Of a DNA stretch of 64,000 nucleotides, positions 63,006-64,000 are shown one piece after another. Where the stretch lies: assembly GCA_965116655.1 (NCBI GenBank), contig OZ220720.1, forward strand, positions 892,338 to 956,337, read 5' to 3'. Each line of letters begins with the position of its first letter. Position 1 is the stretch's first letter. Below the pieces are notes generated by a model. It ran no database searches. It saw nothing but the letters and a program-made list of their open reading frames with translations, and was not told the DNA's origin. The position numbers were made by a program, and so were the translations under genes. Origin of the DNA: Dehalococcoidia bacterium. GTDB lineage: Bacteria > Chloroflexota > Dehalococcoidia > Lucifugimonadales > VXLM01.

Positions 63006-64000
63006 ATGCGTCACATCCGCCTGCCCGCGACGACGTTACTGATATTTCTCGCCATCGAGTTCCTCGATGAGTTGGTGGACGGGGTCGGGAGCGCGGCGTG
63101 GCCACTTGTGCGGAACGACCTCGATCTCACGTACGTTCATATAGGGCTGCTGCTGAGCGTGCCGGGCATTTTCTCCACCTTCCTAGAGCCGGTCATCGGG
63201 ATTCTCGGAGACGTGGGGTACCGCAGGCTGCTGGTCGTGGGTGGGGGCGTGGCGTTCGCGGCGGCAGTTGGGCTGGTGTCCATCAGCCAGGGGTTCGTCG
63301 TCCTGCTGATAGCGTGGATAATCTTCTTTCCCGCATCCGGGGCGTTCGTCAGCCTGTCGCAGGCGTCGCTGATGGACTACGACCCCACGCGCCGAGAGCA
63401 GAACATGGCGCGGTGGGTCTTCGCGGGGTCAGTCGCCAACGTGCTGGGTCCGCTCGCCCTGACCGTGGCGATTGCCATAGGGATCGGATGGCGTGGTGCA
63501 TTTCTGGCGACCGCGATTCTCACCGTGCCAGCCGTCATTGCCGCGTACAGACTCCCCTTCGACGCTGTGGAGCGTGATCCCGACCGGGAAACTCAGTCGT
63601 TCGTTGAAGGGATACGTACCGCCGTAAGAGCGCTCAAGCGCTTCGAAGTGGTCAGGTGGCTCACGCTCCTGCAGGCGTCCGACCTGATGCTCGACATCTT
63701 CAAGAGCTTCCTCGCACTGTACATGGTCGACATAGCGGGAGTGTCCGAGTCGAGGGCGGCCCTGACCATCGCCGTGTGGGTGGGCGTCGGCCTCATCGGA
63801 GACCTCCTCCTGATCCCCTTGCTGGAACGGGTGCGTGGCCTGACGTACCTGCGTTACAGCGTGGTCGTCGTCCTGTTACTGTATCCGGCATTCCTCCTCG
63901 CGCCTTCGTTCGAGATCAAGCTCGTCATAGCAGGACTACTGGGATTCGCCAACGCCGGATGGTACTCCATCCTCCAGGGACAGGCCTACTCTTCGCTGCC
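63006..64000 (+). CDS. MFS transporter, 3' end beyond window
   Basis: The frame is open from ATG 63006 to the window edge. Translation MRHIRLPATTLLIFLAIEFLDELVDG...LLSVPGIFSTFLEPVIGILGD... shows multiple TM helices. It is not in the ORF track because there is no stop. Confidence 0.7.
   Translation, partial: MRHIRLPATTLLIFLAIEFLDELVDGVGSAAWPLVRNDLDLTYVHIGLLLSVPGIFSTFLEPVIGILGDVGYRRLLVVGGGVAFAAAVGLVSISQGFVVLLIAWIIFFPASGAFVSLSQASLMDYDPTRREQNMARWVFAGSVANVLGPLALTVAIAIGIGWRGAFLATAILTVPAVIAAYRLPFDAVERDPDRETQSFVEGIRTAVRALKRFEVVRWLTLLQASDLMLDIFKSFLALYMVDIAGVSESRAALTIAVWVGVGLIGDLLLIPLLERVRGLTYLRYSVVVVLLLYPAFLLAPSFEIKLVIAGLLGFANAGWYSILQGQAYSSL

Overview
This is a high-GC (about 60-63% by eye) bacterial chromosomal segment with roughly 60 protein genes. 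I found no rRNA, tRNA or CRISPR array. Housekeeping blocks are proB-proA, rpmH-rnpA-yidD-(PQQ propeller)-yidC-jag, pntAA-pntAB-pntB, lysC, a fused accD-accA, ftsK, rnj, udg, folD, metF, acpS, rplU-rpmA-rpmE, thiL, ispE and etfB-etfA. These are mixed with accessory genes: a 787-aa ankyrin protein, DUF1501 and DUF1800 (unlinked), hicB-hicA, two tandem NHL propellers, a TPR lipoprotein, a BNR/sialidase-like protein, two phosphotriesterase-family proteins, a PaREP1/HEPN-like protein, an orphan type IV pilin-like protein, and Gfo/Idh/MocA, LLM, GNAT and MFS genes. The eukaryote-like repeat proteins and dense intergenic hairpin repeats (translating as PFDKLRVNG, HSERSE and similar) suggest a Chloroflexota-like, possibly host-associated lineage, but that is inference only. 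I saw no canonical defence system. The most unusual structure is non-coding. (1) At least six families of REP-like hairpin repeats occur together with a non-autonomous element with CTGAC... termini and 11-bp target duplications. This element has inserted into the hairpin loops, and a hairpin has inserted into one copy of the element. (2) A roughly 65-bp module carries three octamers at exactly 10-bp phase, attached to a small HTH-like ORF or its decayed relatives; one copy sits directly upstream of folD. Smaller oddities: an 89-104 nt two-frame overlap of yidC and jag, ribosomal protein L21 with a roughly 150-aa acidic tail, a family-4 UDG ending in a beta-clamp-type QLGLF motif, and several low-GC orphan genes. 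All functional calls rest on motif recognition by eye; no database search was run.
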